This document shows positions 11,219 to 20,993 of a stretch of 64,000 bases of DNA, piece after piece. Source of the stretch: an uncultured Chlamydiae bacterium (GTDB lineage: Bacteria > Chlamydiota > Chlamydiia > Chlamydiales > Parachlamydiaceae); assembly GCA_963754655.1 (NCBI GenBank), contig CAVWGN010000001.1, positions 1,856,001 to 1,920,000 on the forward strand, read 5' to 3'. Position numbers and translations under genes: made by a program. Position 1 is the stretch's first letter. Each line of letters starts with the position of its first letter. The notes beneath the pieces were generated by a model. The model saw nothing but the letters and a program-made list of their open reading frames with translations. It had not been told where the DNA came from and made no database searches.

Positions 11219-11386
11219 GGTTTAATGCCGCCCCCTATACAAAATTAATGTGATAAATTACTCGATTGTTTTTCTTTTACTGGCAATGTATAATATTATT
11301 TCTTAAGCTTTTAGAAAATTATATTCTTTCCCTTCTATTTGAGAGAAAGATCGCAAGAATAATAAATAAAGGATATTTAGTGATAT

Positions 11387-13198
11387 ATGACTCTTTTAAG
11401 TTGCCAAGGACTTAGCAAATCATTCGGAAGCCGCCTTTTGTTTAAAGATCTTTCATTTGGAATTTTTGCCGGAGATAAAATTGGATTGATAGGACCCAAT
11501 GGATCTGGAAAATCAACTTTATTGAAAATCCTAACAGGTTTGGAGATGCCTGATGAAGGAGGAGTCGTACGCAATCGTTCTCTGCGCGTGGGATATATTC
11601 CACAAGAAACTGAATTTCCCGATCTTCCTATCCAACAGCTTATGCTAGAAGCTTTGAAAGATGAATTTCATTTCTCGCAAGAATATAGACAAACGCAGAT
11701 TGCCATTGCGTTGAGTAAAATGGGATTTGCAGACAATTCAGTTTCTGCCGCTTCTCTTTCAGGCGGATGGAAAAAGCGCTTAGCGCTTGCAATGGAACTG
11801 ATTCGTTCCCCTGACGTCTTACTCCTTGACGAACCTACCAACCATCTTGACCTTGAAGGGGTTATCTGGCTGGAGAAATTTTTAAAAAATGCCTCTTTTG
11901 CCTATATCATCATCAGTCATGATCGTTATTTTCTGGAAAATACAACAACCCGTATCATGGAACTTGATAAAAGCTATCCTAAAGGATTATTTGCAGCTGA
12001 GGGATCTTACAGCACTTTTTTGGAAAAACGAGAGGAATTTTTAAGTGGGCAACTGCAACAAGAACGTTCATTAAATTCAAAAGTTCGCAGAGAAGTTGAA
12101 TGGTTAAAGCAAAATCCCAAAGCACGCACCACCAAATCTCAATCGCGCATTCAACAAGCACAGCGTTTGATTCAAGAATTGCAAGACATCAAGTCTCGCA
12201 ATCTGAATAGCAAAAGCCAAATTGATTTTTCTTCTTCTAAAAAAGAGTCTCAAAAGTTGCTGGTTACTACTAACTTGACTAAATCAATGGGTGAGCGCTT
12301 GCTTTTTGCAGGCATTGATCTTCTACTTGCTCCTGGAGTGCGATTAGGTGTGATCGGAATGAATGGAAGTGGAAAAACCACTTTCTTAAGGCTGTTAGCG
12401 GGAGAACTGATTCCTGATAAGGGAACAATCAAATATGCAGATGGAATCAAAATCGTCTATTTTGATCAGCATCGAGCGCAACTCCCTTCCGATATTTCAT
12501 TGCGGCGTGCTTTATCACCCGAAGGAGACACTGTCTATTACCAAGGCCAAACAATACATGTCAATTCATGGTGCCGGCGCTTTTTATTTTCTCCCGATCG
12601 CCTAGACCTTCCCTTTGGCCATCTTTCAGGAGGAGAAAAAGCACGTGTTCATATCGCGCGACTCATGCTGCTGCCAGCAGACATTTTATTACTAGATGAA
12701 CCAACTAATGATCTAGATATCCCCACTTTAGAAATCTTAGAAAATAGCCTGCTAGAATTTCCAGGAGCAATTGTCCTCATTTCTCATGACCGTTATATGT
12801 TGGATCAGATTTCAAATGTCATCTTAGGACTGGGAACACAAAGCGATACAGAACTTTTTGCTGATTATCGGCAATGGGAACAGTATCAAATTCAAAAAAT
12901 TGAAAAAGAAAAAACAGCCGCAAAAGAGAAAATTGAAAAAAAAGAACCCTCTTTCTCTTCTCGTTCTGTCGAACGCTCTAAAAAAATGAGCTATTCCGAA
13001 AAGCGAGAATGGGAACAGATGGAAAACACAATCTTAGAACTAGAAAAAGAAATTGAATCTCTTCAGAATCAAATTCATGATCTTCTCATTGCCAATCAAC
13101 CAGACAAAATTCAACAGATGTGCCAAGAGCTAAATCTTAAACAGCAAGCACTTGAAAAGCTTTTCCAACGCTGGCAAGAACTTGAGTTAAAACAATAG
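11387..13198 (+). CDS. uup: ABC-F family ATPase (Uup-like)
   Basis: Two ABC domains (GPNGSGKS, LSGGW, DEPTNHLD; GMNGSGKT, LSGGE, DEPTNDLD) and Uup-like C-terminal coiled coil ending RWQELE. Confidence 0.8.
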   Translation: MTLLSCQGLSKSFGSRLLFKDLSFGIFAGDKIGLIGPNGSGKSTLLKILTGLEMPDEGGVVRNRSLRVGYIPQETEFPDLPIQQLMLEALKDEFHFSQEYRQTQIAIALSKMGFADNSVSAASLSGGWKKRLALAMELIRSPDVLLLDEPTNHLDLEGVIWLEKFLKNASFAYIIISHDRYFLENTTTRIMELDKSYPKGLFAAEGSYSTFLEKREEFLSGQLQQERSLNSKVRREVEWLKQNPKARTTKSQSRIQQAQRLIQELQDIKSRNLNSKSQIDFSSSKKESQKLLVTTNLTKSMGERLLFAGIDLLLAPGVRLGVIGMNGSGKTTFLRLLAGELIPDKGTIKYADGIKIVYFDQHRAQLPSDISLRRALSPEGDTVYYQGQTIHVNSWCRRFLFSPDRLDLPFGHLSGGEKARVHIARLMLLPADILLLDEPTNDLDIPTLEILENSLLEFPGAIVLISHDRYMLDQISNVILGLGTQSDTELFADYRQWEQYQIQKIEKEKTAAKEKIEKKEPSFSSRSVERSKKMSYSEKREWEQMENTILELEKEIESLQNQIHDLLIANQPDKIQQMCQELNLKQQALEKLFQRWQELELKQ

Positions 13199-13393
13199 TA
13201 AACAAAAAATATAGTGCTCATTTAATCGCTATTGCACTTTTTATAGCAATCAACACATTACATTTTTATAAATTTCACCTAAATAAAACAGACTAAGAAA
13301 CAAACTCAGTATTTCGAACAATTTATAATGAAATTTATTTGACACTTCTTTATAATTATTCTTTTTCATTTATCCAATTAGGATTGTTCATTT

Positions 13394-14995
13394 ATGTCAG
13401 TTGGAGAGTCAAATCAAATAAGAGAAGCCTGTCATCAGCGAAGGACTTTTGCCATTATTAGCCATCCTGACGCGGGTAAAACGACGTTAACAGAAAAACT
13501 TCTTTTGTATTCGGGGATGATTCACACAGCAGGCATGGTTCGAGGCCGCAAAGGGCGCAAAGCAGCGGCCTCTGATTGGATGGCGATGGAGCAAGAAAGG
13601 GGAATTTCTATCACAGCTTCTGCCATGCAGTTTACTTATAAAGATACAATTATCAATGTTCTTGACACCCCTGGACATGAAGATTTTTCCGAGGATACTT
13701 ATCGCACTTTGACTGCAGCTGATTGCGCCATCATGGTCATTGATGCCTCAAAAGGGGTGGAGAAGCAGACACGAAAACTATTTGAAGTGTGCCGTCTACG
13801 TCAGATTCCTGTATTGACCTTTATTAATAAAATGGATATGCCGGGCCGAGATCCTTTGGATTTGATGAATGAAGTAGAAGAGGTATTAAAAATTCATTCC
13901 TCTGCTCTGAATTGGCCAATTGGATCTGGCAAAGATTTCATTGGAGTAGTGGATCGCGCAACGCAAGAGTGCTTATTTTTTACAAAAACAGCAGCAGGAG
14001 GAGCACAAAAAGCTCTCATTTCACGCTTTCCTCTACACAGTACAGAAGTAAAAGAACGCTTAGGATTAGAGCGTTTTCAAGAGCTTTTAGAAGAATTAAC
14101 TCTTTTAGACACAGCTGGAAATGAATTTTCACAGAAAAAATTTTTAGCTGGTGAAGTCACTCCGATCTTTTTCGCCTCTGCTTTGACAAATTTTGGTATC
14201 GAGCCTTTTTTTGATGCCTTTATTCATCTTGCTCCTTCCCCGCATACCCGCTTAGCTAATAAGTTCGATGGACAAGAAATCGCCATTGAAATTGATATGC
14301 CTTTTAGTGCCTATGTTTTTAAATTGCAAGCTAATATGGACCGTCGGCACAGAGATAGCATGGCTTTTTTGCGTATTTGTTCAGGCCGCTTTGAACGTGA
14401 TTTGATCGTTAAGCACCACCGATTAGGTCGAGAAATACGCCTTTCACGGCCTCATGGCATGGTAGCAGGAGAAAGAACAACCGTGGATTATGCCTATGCC
14501 GGCGATATCATTGGAGTGATTAATCCTGGTGTCTTTGCAATTGGCGATACAATTTCTCTTTCAGGGGGGTTTAACTTTAAACCTCTTCCTCAATTTCAAC
14601 CTGAAATTTTTGCACGCGTGCACCCTAAAGATATTGGCAAAAGAAAATCCTTTGACAAAGGAGTTTTGCAATTGACTGAGGAAGGGGCTATCCAATTACT
14701 ACGTCCCTATGATTTAAGTGGGGATTTCATTTTTGCGGCTGTTGGCCAACTTCAATTTGAAGTCATGCAATATCGATTGAAAGATGAATATGGAGTTGAG
14801 ACAGTATTGACCTCTCTCCCCTATCACTGCAGTGCTTGGCTAGTAGGCAATGTGCAAACTTTTAAAAAAACAACAACTGCATTACTCGTCAAAGATCGAT
14901 TTGAAAGACCTATTGTTTTATTCGGAGAACAGTGGGAAAAACAGTATGCAATCAAGCAAAATCCCGATCATCAACTTATTGATATTTTGTCATAA
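13394..14995 (+). CDS. prfC: Peptide chain release factor 3
   Basis: RRTFAIISHPDAGKTTLTEKLL, SDWMAMEQERGISIT, DTPGHEDFSEDTYRTL, AVGQLQFEV. Confidence 0.95.
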   Translation: MSVGESNQIREACHQRRTFAIISHPDAGKTTLTEKLLLYSGMIHTAGMVRGRKGRKAAASDWMAMEQERGISITASAMQFTYKDTIINVLDTPGHEDFSEDTYRTLTAADCAIMVIDASKGVEKQTRKLFEVCRLRQIPVLTFINKMDMPGRDPLDLMNEVEEVLKIHSSALNWPIGSGKDFIGVVDRATQECLFFTKTAAGGAQKALISRFPLHSTEVKERLGLERFQELLEELTLLDTAGNEFSQKKFLAGEVTPIFFASALTNFGIEPFFDAFIHLAPSPHTRLANKFDGQEIAIEIDMPFSAYVFKLQANMDRRHRDSMAFLRICSGRFERDLIVKHHRLGREIRLSRPHGMVAGERTTVDYAYAGDIIGVINPGVFAIGDTISLSGGFNFKPLPQFQPEIFARVHPKDIGKRKSFDKGVLQLTEEGAIQLLRPYDLSGDFIFAAVGQLQFEVMQYRLKDEYGVETVLTSLPYHCSAWLVGNVQTFKKTTTALLVKDRFERPIVLFGEQWEKQYAIKQNPDHQLIDILS

Positions 14996-15038
14996 AATCC
15001 AAGTAGTCATTGCAAAATGCTAGCGCTCTGCTTTGTGC

Positions 15039-15572
15039 TTAAGTCGAAAATTTGACTTGATAGAGATAAATGGGTGTGCGATACAAATCATCGGCCCGCT
15101 CAGAGCGAACAGGGATCCATCCCGGAATGGCAAAAGTATGGCTGATCACATAGGCATCGGGATTAAGTTCATTTTCAAATTTGATTTTTAAACGCTGCAT
15201 AGCTCCTGGATAGAGATAGCAAACAACAAGGGATACGCTTCCCAAGGATACTTGAAAGAAATCTTGGCGCTTAATAAATAAATTGGTAAAGGAAAACCAT
15301 TTAGCAAATAGTTTAGAAACTAGATAGGGAATCGGTGAAATTTCATAAGCCCTCACTTGGCAAGAAGGAAAACGGCTAGCTAAAGTAAAGGCCAATGTTC
15401 CCCATCCCGAACCTAATTCTGCAATTTCTTTATTTGTGATTTTAGGTAGCATTTGCAGCAGTAGATTTTTGACTTTTATAGACGTAGGTGTAGGAGTAAT
15501 CCCATAAAGATAGGAATACAACAAGGTAACCCCTAAAATTCCCAGAAGAACCAGAAAAAAAACCCCATCCAT
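15039..15572 (-). CDS. SAM-dependent methyltransferase
   Basis: ELGSGWG motif I, YEISP, CYLYP, ISHTF. Confidence 0.85.
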   Translation of the reverse strand: MDGVFFLVLLGILGVTLLYSYLYGITPTPTSIKVKNLLLQMLPKITNKEIAELGSGWGTLAFTLASRFPSCQVRAYEISPIPYLVSKLFAKWFSFTNLFIKRQDFFQVSLGSVSLVVCYLYPGAMQRLKIKFENELNPDAYVISHTFAIPGWIPVRSERADDLYRTPIYLYQVKFST

Positions 15573-15611
15573 TTTTCCAATAGACTATCCTATTATGATA
15601 TTGAATAAATG

Positions 15612-15643
15612 GCGATGGTGACAGCTTTAACCATCACCATCGC
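15612..15643 (-). terminator. Putative intrinsic terminator hairpin
   Basis: GCGATGGTGA...TCACCATCGC stem downstream of 15691..16161; weak T-tail. Confidence 0.45.
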
Positions 15644-15690
15644 ATTTCCCATAAACCTAATTCATTTTAAGCGGTCCTAATAAATTCAAA

Positions 15691-16161
15691 TCACCCTCTT
15701 TTTTTGGGAGGATATGAATTGCTTCGACTAGGCTGGTTTAGATTTCTATCTTCATTTAACTTGCGATTAGCAGGCTGTTGATAAGCTGTAGATATTGGCT
15801 TATCTTGGCCATATTTTGTATTATTGGAAGACGGTGTTGTCAGTGAGGATTTTTCTTCATCTTCATCCTCATCACCCTCCTCTTCATCCTCATCCTCATC
15901 CTCATCCTCGTCTTCATCACCTTCATCATCCTCGTCTTCATCACCCTCCTCATCCTCATCCTCATCTGGTTGTTGCTCGGCCAGATAGGGATTTAATGGT
16001 TTAGAATGATCCGCTGGATTACGCAGACCTATCTTCTCTTCTTCTTCTGGATGACATTGTGAAGAATTTCTTTTTAGAGCAGATGGAGAGGACTCTTTGC
16101 AAGGTTGATTTTTTCCACAAGAGTCTTGGCGATTATCCGCTGGTCCATGCTTGTTAGCCAT
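15691..16161 (-). CDS. Hypothetical disordered protein with long Asp/Glu tract
   Basis: About 38-residue D/E/G tract; GAGGG SD-like sequence upstream; basic C-terminus PPKKRG. Confidence 0.7.
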   Translation of the reverse strand: MANKHGPADNRQDSCGKNQPCKESSPSALKRNSSQCHPEEEEKIGLRNPADHSKPLNPYLAEQQPDEDEDEEGDEDEDDEGDEDEDEDEDEDEEEGDEDEDEEKSSLTTPSSNNTKYGQDKPISTAYQQPANRKLNEDRNLNQPSRSNSYPPKKRG

Positions 16162-16205
16162 ATGATACCCTCTAAATTTAAATTGTTAAGGATTTAATTT
16201 TTTTG

Positions 16206-16349
16206 CTATTTTTCGCCTTTTCTTTCTATTTCATGTTTTTTTTGTGTTTCGACAGCTTGATGTGATGCAGCTGACCTTTCTTCAGGCGTTTTGTGTTGAG
16301 AAGCTTTTTTACCCGCTTGTTTATGTGACTCACTCTTTCTAGACATCAT
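16206..16349 (-). CDS. Small hydrophilic protein (47 aa), stress-protein-like
   Basis: Manual translation MMSRKSESHKQAGKKASQHKTPEERSAASHQAVETQKKHEIERKGEK; strong SD AAGGAGG; below ORF-track cutoff. Confidence 0.7.
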   Translation of the reverse strand: MMSRKSESHKQAGKKASQHKTPEERSAASHQAVETQKKHEIERKGEK

Positions 16350-16533
16350 TTTCCTCCTTTAATTTTTGCTCGTTAACCTTAAAAAGTTTGAGATAAAAGA
16401 GAGCATGAAATAAATTATCGTTAAAATAACCATAAAATAAATCTTTTATTCAGACAAGATTTTGCAATTGTAAATCCTTACTAACTGATAATAGGACACA
16501 TAAGAAACAAAAACAGGAGCATGAGATCTTCTA

Positions 16534-17334
16534 ATGACCGTTCCTAATTTTTCGTCTATGACTTTGACAGCCGTTCAAGCTGCTCTAAAAGCAGGAGAGA
16601 TTCTAAAAAGAGGCTTTGGAACATCATTTGAGATTACAGCTAAACCAGGAAGACAAAACTTTGTGACAGAATATGATAAAGCTTCTGAAGCGTGTATTAT
16701 TTCTTTCATAAAACAACAATTTCCTTCACATAGTTTTTTAGCAGAGGAAAGCGGCTTTACAATGCCTTCTAATGAAGAGAATATGTTATGGATTATTGAT
16801 CCTTTAGATGGGACGACAAATTTTGCTCACCATATTCCTCTCTTTACCATTAGTATCGCAGCTTATTATCAAGAAAAAGGAATCTGCGGCGTCATCTTTC
16901 AACCTCTTACAAATGAGCTGTTTATAGCAGAAAAAGACAAAGGGGCTTATTTAAATGGGTCTCGTTTGCACGTCAGTCAAACCAACTGTCTTGAAGAGGC
17001 CCTTCTGATTGCCAGTTTTCCCTACAATGCAAACCCTATTCCAATTTTTAATTTGGAAGGGCTAGTCAAAATTATTCAACAAGGCACAACTCTGCGTAAT
17101 TTGGGTTCAGCGGCATTAGCTTTAGCTTACGTTGCAGCTGGCAAGGCTGATGCATTTTGGATGTATAATCTTTATCCTTGGGATCTAGCTGCAGGACAGC
17201 TTTTGATTGAAGAGGCCGGTGGGCGCATGAACCGCTATGAACCTTCCTTTGCTTCCTTTCATTCTCCTACGAATATCTTAGCAAGCAATCAAGCCTTGCA
17301 TGCCCCTTTACAAGACTTTCTTTTTCCAACTTAG
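16534..17334 (+). CDS. suhB: Inositol monophosphatase family protein
   Basis: FLAEE, WIIDPLDGTTNFAH, GSAAL, PWDLAAG. Confidence 0.9.
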   Translation: MTVPNFSSMTLTAVQAALKAGEILKRGFGTSFEITAKPGRQNFVTEYDKASEACIISFIKQQFPSHSFLAEESGFTMPSNEENMLWIIDPLDGTTNFAHHIPLFTISIAAYYQEKGICGVIFQPLTNELFIAEKDKGAYLNGSRLHVSQTNCLEEALLIASFPYNANPIPIFNLEGLVKIIQQGTTLRNLGSAALALAYVAAGKADAFWMYNLYPWDLAAGQLLIEEAGGRMNRYEPSFASFHSPTNILASNQALHAPLQDFLFPT

Positions 17335-17520
17335 TAGTTAAGGATGAAATAGGCTGCGAACTCTGCTATTTGTAAAAAGTCAAGAGTCTATTTTTTGCCG
17401 GGCTCTTAGCATTAAAAGATAAATTTTAAACAGTTCGTTCTAAATATTGGATCAATTAATGCAAGGAGGCGTTTAGATTTTTTTAAATATCTCTTTTTCG
17501 TTTCAACTTTTTCAAGACAA

Positions 17521-17695
17521 GTTTATGCCGTCCTTTCAGGACTCGATGTTTTTTTGATAGAACCCAGGCCTCCGCTTCGCTGCGACCTGGGCTGTAATAG
17601 GCCGGCCCTTCAGGCCTTAACAAAAGATGTTTAAGACCCTCTTCCATAGTCCCTAAATCACATCTTTTTGTTAAGGCCTGAAGGGCCGGCCTATT
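17521..17695. repeat. Truncated copy of REPIN-like palindrome family A
   Basis: Near-identical to the left arm and spacer of 23755..24067; right arm cut after about 30 bp. Confidence 0.85.
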
Positions 17696-17760
17696 GTCTG
17701 ATCAAGCACATGGGTAACACATTATCCAAGGACATGGGTAACTCTATCTAAGCACATACA
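17695..17760 (-). mobile_element. Probable IS481-family end remnant
   Basis: Terminal TGT plus tandem subterminal ACATGGGTAAC motifs about 22 bp apart, resembling IS481 ends; coincides with the palindrome truncation. Confidence 0.45.
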
Positions 17761-18098
17761 AGGCTCTTAGCATTAAAAGATAAATTTGCTAATATTGACC
17801 CACTTACGCCAATTCAACCCCGGGGCTTTGAAGCAGTCTAAATACACAAAACTAATGTGGTTGAGTACTAGAAGTCGATTATTCAAAAAAGTGTTTTAAT
17901 GCTAAGAGACCTGCTATTTTTTACGAGACTATTGAAAGTAAAATGTTCTTTCCCCTATATTTAAGGATAAAGATGAACGTTAACATTCAGATTAAAGTTA
18001 TAAAACCACCCCTAAGTTAGAAAAAACTTTAAATGTCTTCCGATTTTTTCTAGCATGAATGAGTAGCCTTTATTTTTAATTAAAAACTATATTCAATT

Positions 18099-19334
18099 TT
18101 GAAAATAAATATTATGCAAATACAATCAATTCTTTTGTGTTTTTTTTTATCCATTTGTCATTTAAGCCATCTCTCTGTTTATGCAGATGCGTCTAAAAAC
18201 AGCCTTGTCCAAACCACTTTAAATGATGGCTATATTCATGCGTTAGCTTCTCTTGTTTTTCATACCCAAACTTTGGAAAAGCAACTAGATTCTGATTTCT
18301 CTTTGGCTGAAGACATGATTTTTTCAGCTGATGATGCGGCTCTGTTATGGGCCAAAGCTAGGCATATTCTCTCATTGTGTGCTACCAATAGCAACCTCAT
18401 TCATCACCTCTATTTTCTTGAGGATGCTCTTAAGCAATATGAGCATGCAAATGACTGTATGCAAGCTGGAAATCTTCAAGAAGCACAAAAAGGGTTGCAG
18501 GCCTCTTTTCGACTCTTACGTCAATTATGGGAGGAAGCAATTGAATTAGAGGAGAACCTCTCCTCTGATTTTTTAATCTCTGCTATTGTGCGTAAAAAAG
18601 CAGATCCAAACTTTGAAGATAATCCGCATATTCCTTCAACAGCTCGCAAAATGATGAAACCTTATCTTCTCCCTCTTAATCATCCAAAGCGTTCAGTTCT
18701 AGATGCGATATTTTTAAAAAAACGCGTGACAACGGATAGAGAAAGTTTTTATCAAGCAGGATTCAAGACAATTGCTAAGGGACCTCGTTCTTACGTACGT
18801 GTCGCTAAACATGCAAAGTTAAGTGGATATTTAGTTAAAGCTTATCTCGATACTGTATTAGAAAAGAAATATAACAAAGAAAGCTGGGAATGGCTGGTGC
18901 GTCGTTGTGAGGGAGCGAGTAAAATTCGCAGTATTATTCGCAAGTATAAGATTCAACATTTTACTGTTCCAGATAAGTGGATTTATTGCTTGCCAGCAGA
19001 CCCCTCTCCCCCTAATGATGCACAACATACACGACACTTGGCCCTTCTTTTAGTCACTAATATGAATTTAGCATCAAAATCTCGCAATTACCATGCATGG
19101 CTTCATTATATTACAAAGGAACATTTAGATGAGCTTTATATGATTCTTAGCAGAGCAAAGGGATCGAGTTACCGGCCTGACAATATTGCTTACACTAACT
19201 TAGGAAAATTTGCCTTTATTGATACAGAGTATCCTTCTAAAGGACCCGATTTCTCCAGCATCCGTTCTTATTTGAATCAGGAGATGCTCAATTACTGGGA
19301 TAACCTTGTCAAACAAGGCGGCTACTCAAGTTGA
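18099..19334 (+). CDS. Hypothetical secreted protein with C-terminal kinase-like region
   Basis: Hydrophobic N-terminus; YLVKAY, SSYRPDNI, FAFIDTE resemble kinase subdomains II, VIb and VII. Confidence 0.6.
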   Translation: MKINIMQIQSILLCFFLSICHLSHLSVYADASKNSLVQTTLNDGYIHALASLVFHTQTLEKQLDSDFSLAEDMIFSADDAALLWAKARHILSLCATNSNLIHHLYFLEDALKQYEHANDCMQAGNLQEAQKGLQASFRLLRQLWEEAIELEENLSSDFLISAIVRKKADPNFEDNPHIPSTARKMMKPYLLPLNHPKRSVLDAIFLKKRVTTDRESFYQAGFKTIAKGPRSYVRVAKHAKLSGYLVKAYLDTVLEKKYNKESWEWLVRRCEGASKIRSIIRKYKIQHFTVPDKWIYCLPADPSPPNDAQHTRHLALLLVTNMNLASKSRNYHAWLHYITKEHLDELYMILSRAKGSSYRPDNIAYTNLGKFAFIDTEYPSKGPDFSSIRSYLNQEMLNYWDNLVKQGGYSS

Positions 19335-19405
19335 AGGTGCAATTAAAAGCATACAGGAACATAAAAGACAAAAAGGCTAAATTAAAAAAACCGGGAATGA
19401 AGGAT

Positions 19406-20962
19406 ATGTCTGAAGTTAAAGCCGCTGGAAAAATGGAAAAACTTGTCGCGTTATGTAAAAGACGCGGTTTTATCTTTCAATCTTCAGAGATTTATGGAGG
19501 ATTAAATGGTTTTTGGGATTATGGCCCCCTTGGCGTTGAACTGAAACGAAACATCAAAGAGGCGTGGTGGCAAGACATGGTTCGCGCTTCTCGTCAAGGA
19601 ATTGATGGCAATCCTCTTGAAATTGTTGGTGTCGATTGTTCAATTATCATGAATCCCAATGTATGGATAGCCTCAGGCCACGTCGGTGGTTTCAGCGACC
19701 CCATGGTCGATTGCAGAGAAACTAAGAATCGCTATCGAGCTGATCATCTCCTGTGTGGAGAGATCATTGCCATGCAAAAAGGACAACAACTTTCGCTCAG
19801 CTGGTTGGCTGTTCTAGAAGAAGAAGATTCCCTCGTTGCCTGGACAAAAAAAGCGGAAAAGCTACTAAAGAAAATGGGAGGAGGAGAACTCATTGTTCCA
19901 AATGTTCTGATTGCGTATCCTGAGCTGTCGAATTCTATTCAGAAAAAAGTCATTGGGCCCCATACTGAAGAACCGGGCACTTTAACTGAACCCCGCCAGT
20001 TTAATCTCATGTTTAAAACATTTGTGGGAGCTGTAGAGGATGCTTCTGCAATTGCTTATTTACGTCCAGAAACAGCTCAAGGTATCTTCGCTAATTTTCG
20101 TAATATCATTGATACAAGCAGAGTTAAAATCCCATTTGGCATTGCCCAGATTGGCAAAGCTTTCCGCAATGAAGTGACTCCACGGAACTACATCTTTCGT
20201 TCAAGAGAATTTGAACAGATGGAAATTGAATTCTTTATCCAACCTAAAGATGCGCATGAATGGTATGAATTTTGGAGAAAGGTGCGTTACCAATGGTGGC
20301 AGGCTATCGGCATTTCCAGTAATCACTTAAGGCTTCGAGAGCAAACCAAAGAAGAGTTAGCCCATTATGCCAAGGAAGGAGCTGGTAGCAGCGACATTGA
20401 ATATCGCTTTCCATTTACCGATCCTGGTTTTGGTGAGCTGGAAGGCGTTGCTCATCGCACAGATTATGATCTTAGGCGGCATGCTGAAGAGTCAGGGCAA
20501 GATGATCGTTTCAAGTATTTTGATCAGGAAAGTAATATGCGTTATTTTCCACATATCATCGAGCCTTCAGCTGGGGTCGATCGCGGCATATTAGCTTTGC
20601 TTTGTGAAGCCTATACAGATGATCCTGCACGTCCTAGCGGTGTGGTGATGAAATTTCATCCTCGGATGGCGCCAATAAAAGCTGGAGTGTTTCCCTTAGT
20701 TGACAAGGATGGAATGCCTGAAATTGCGCGCAATCTTTATATCGATTTGCGCAAGCAATGGAATGTTCAATTTGATGTTAAGCAGACGATAGGCAAGCGC
20801 TATGCACGAATGGATGAAGCTGGAACACCTTTTTGTTTTACCATAGATACGCAAACTCTAAACGATCAGACTGTCACTGTGCGCTATCGCGATACTTTAC
20901 AGCAAGAGCGTATTGCACTCTCTCAAGTGAAGAATTTTTTAATCGATAAATTGGTTTTCTAG
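19406..20962 (+). CDS. glyQS: Glycine--tRNA ligase, homodimeric (alpha2) type
   Basis: LCKRRGFIFQSSEIYGG, LRPETAQGIF, GKAFRNEVTP, REFEQMEIEFF, IEPSAGVDR; start taken at ATG 19406. Confidence 0.95.
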   Translation: MSEVKAAGKMEKLVALCKRRGFIFQSSEIYGGLNGFWDYGPLGVELKRNIKEAWWQDMVRASRQGIDGNPLEIVGVDCSIIMNPNVWIASGHVGGFSDPMVDCRETKNRYRADHLLCGEIIAMQKGQQLSLSWLAVLEEEDSLVAWTKKAEKLLKKMGGGELIVPNVLIAYPELSNSIQKKVIGPHTEEPGTLTEPRQFNLMFKTFVGAVEDASAIAYLRPETAQGIFANFRNIIDTSRVKIPFGIAQIGKAFRNEVTPRNYIFRSREFEQMEIEFFIQPKDAHEWYEFWRKVRYQWWQAIGISSNHLRLREQTKEELAHYAKEGAGSSDIEYRFPFTDPGFGELEGVAHRTDYDLRRHAEESGQDDRFKYFDQESNMRYFPHIIEPSAGVDRGILALLCEAYTDDPARPSGVVMKFHPRMAPIKAGVFPLVDKDGMPEIARNLYIDLRKQWNVQFDVKQTIGKRYARMDEAGTPFCFTIDTQTLNDQTVTVRYRDTLQQERIALSQVKNFLIDKLVF

Positions 20963-20993
20963 GTCTAAAAGACCGTTTTAACGTCATATACAG

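Larger units (their letters stand above)
17400..17911. mobile_element. Degenerate MITE/IS end fragments
   Basis: GGCTCTTAGCATTAAAAGATAAATTT at 17401 and 17762 (direct); inverted TTTTAATGCTAAGAGACC ending 17911; no transposase ORF. Confidence 0.5.

Noticed and set aside
15795..16004. His/Pro-rich ORF
   Set aside because: Antisense reading of the Asp/Glu tract.
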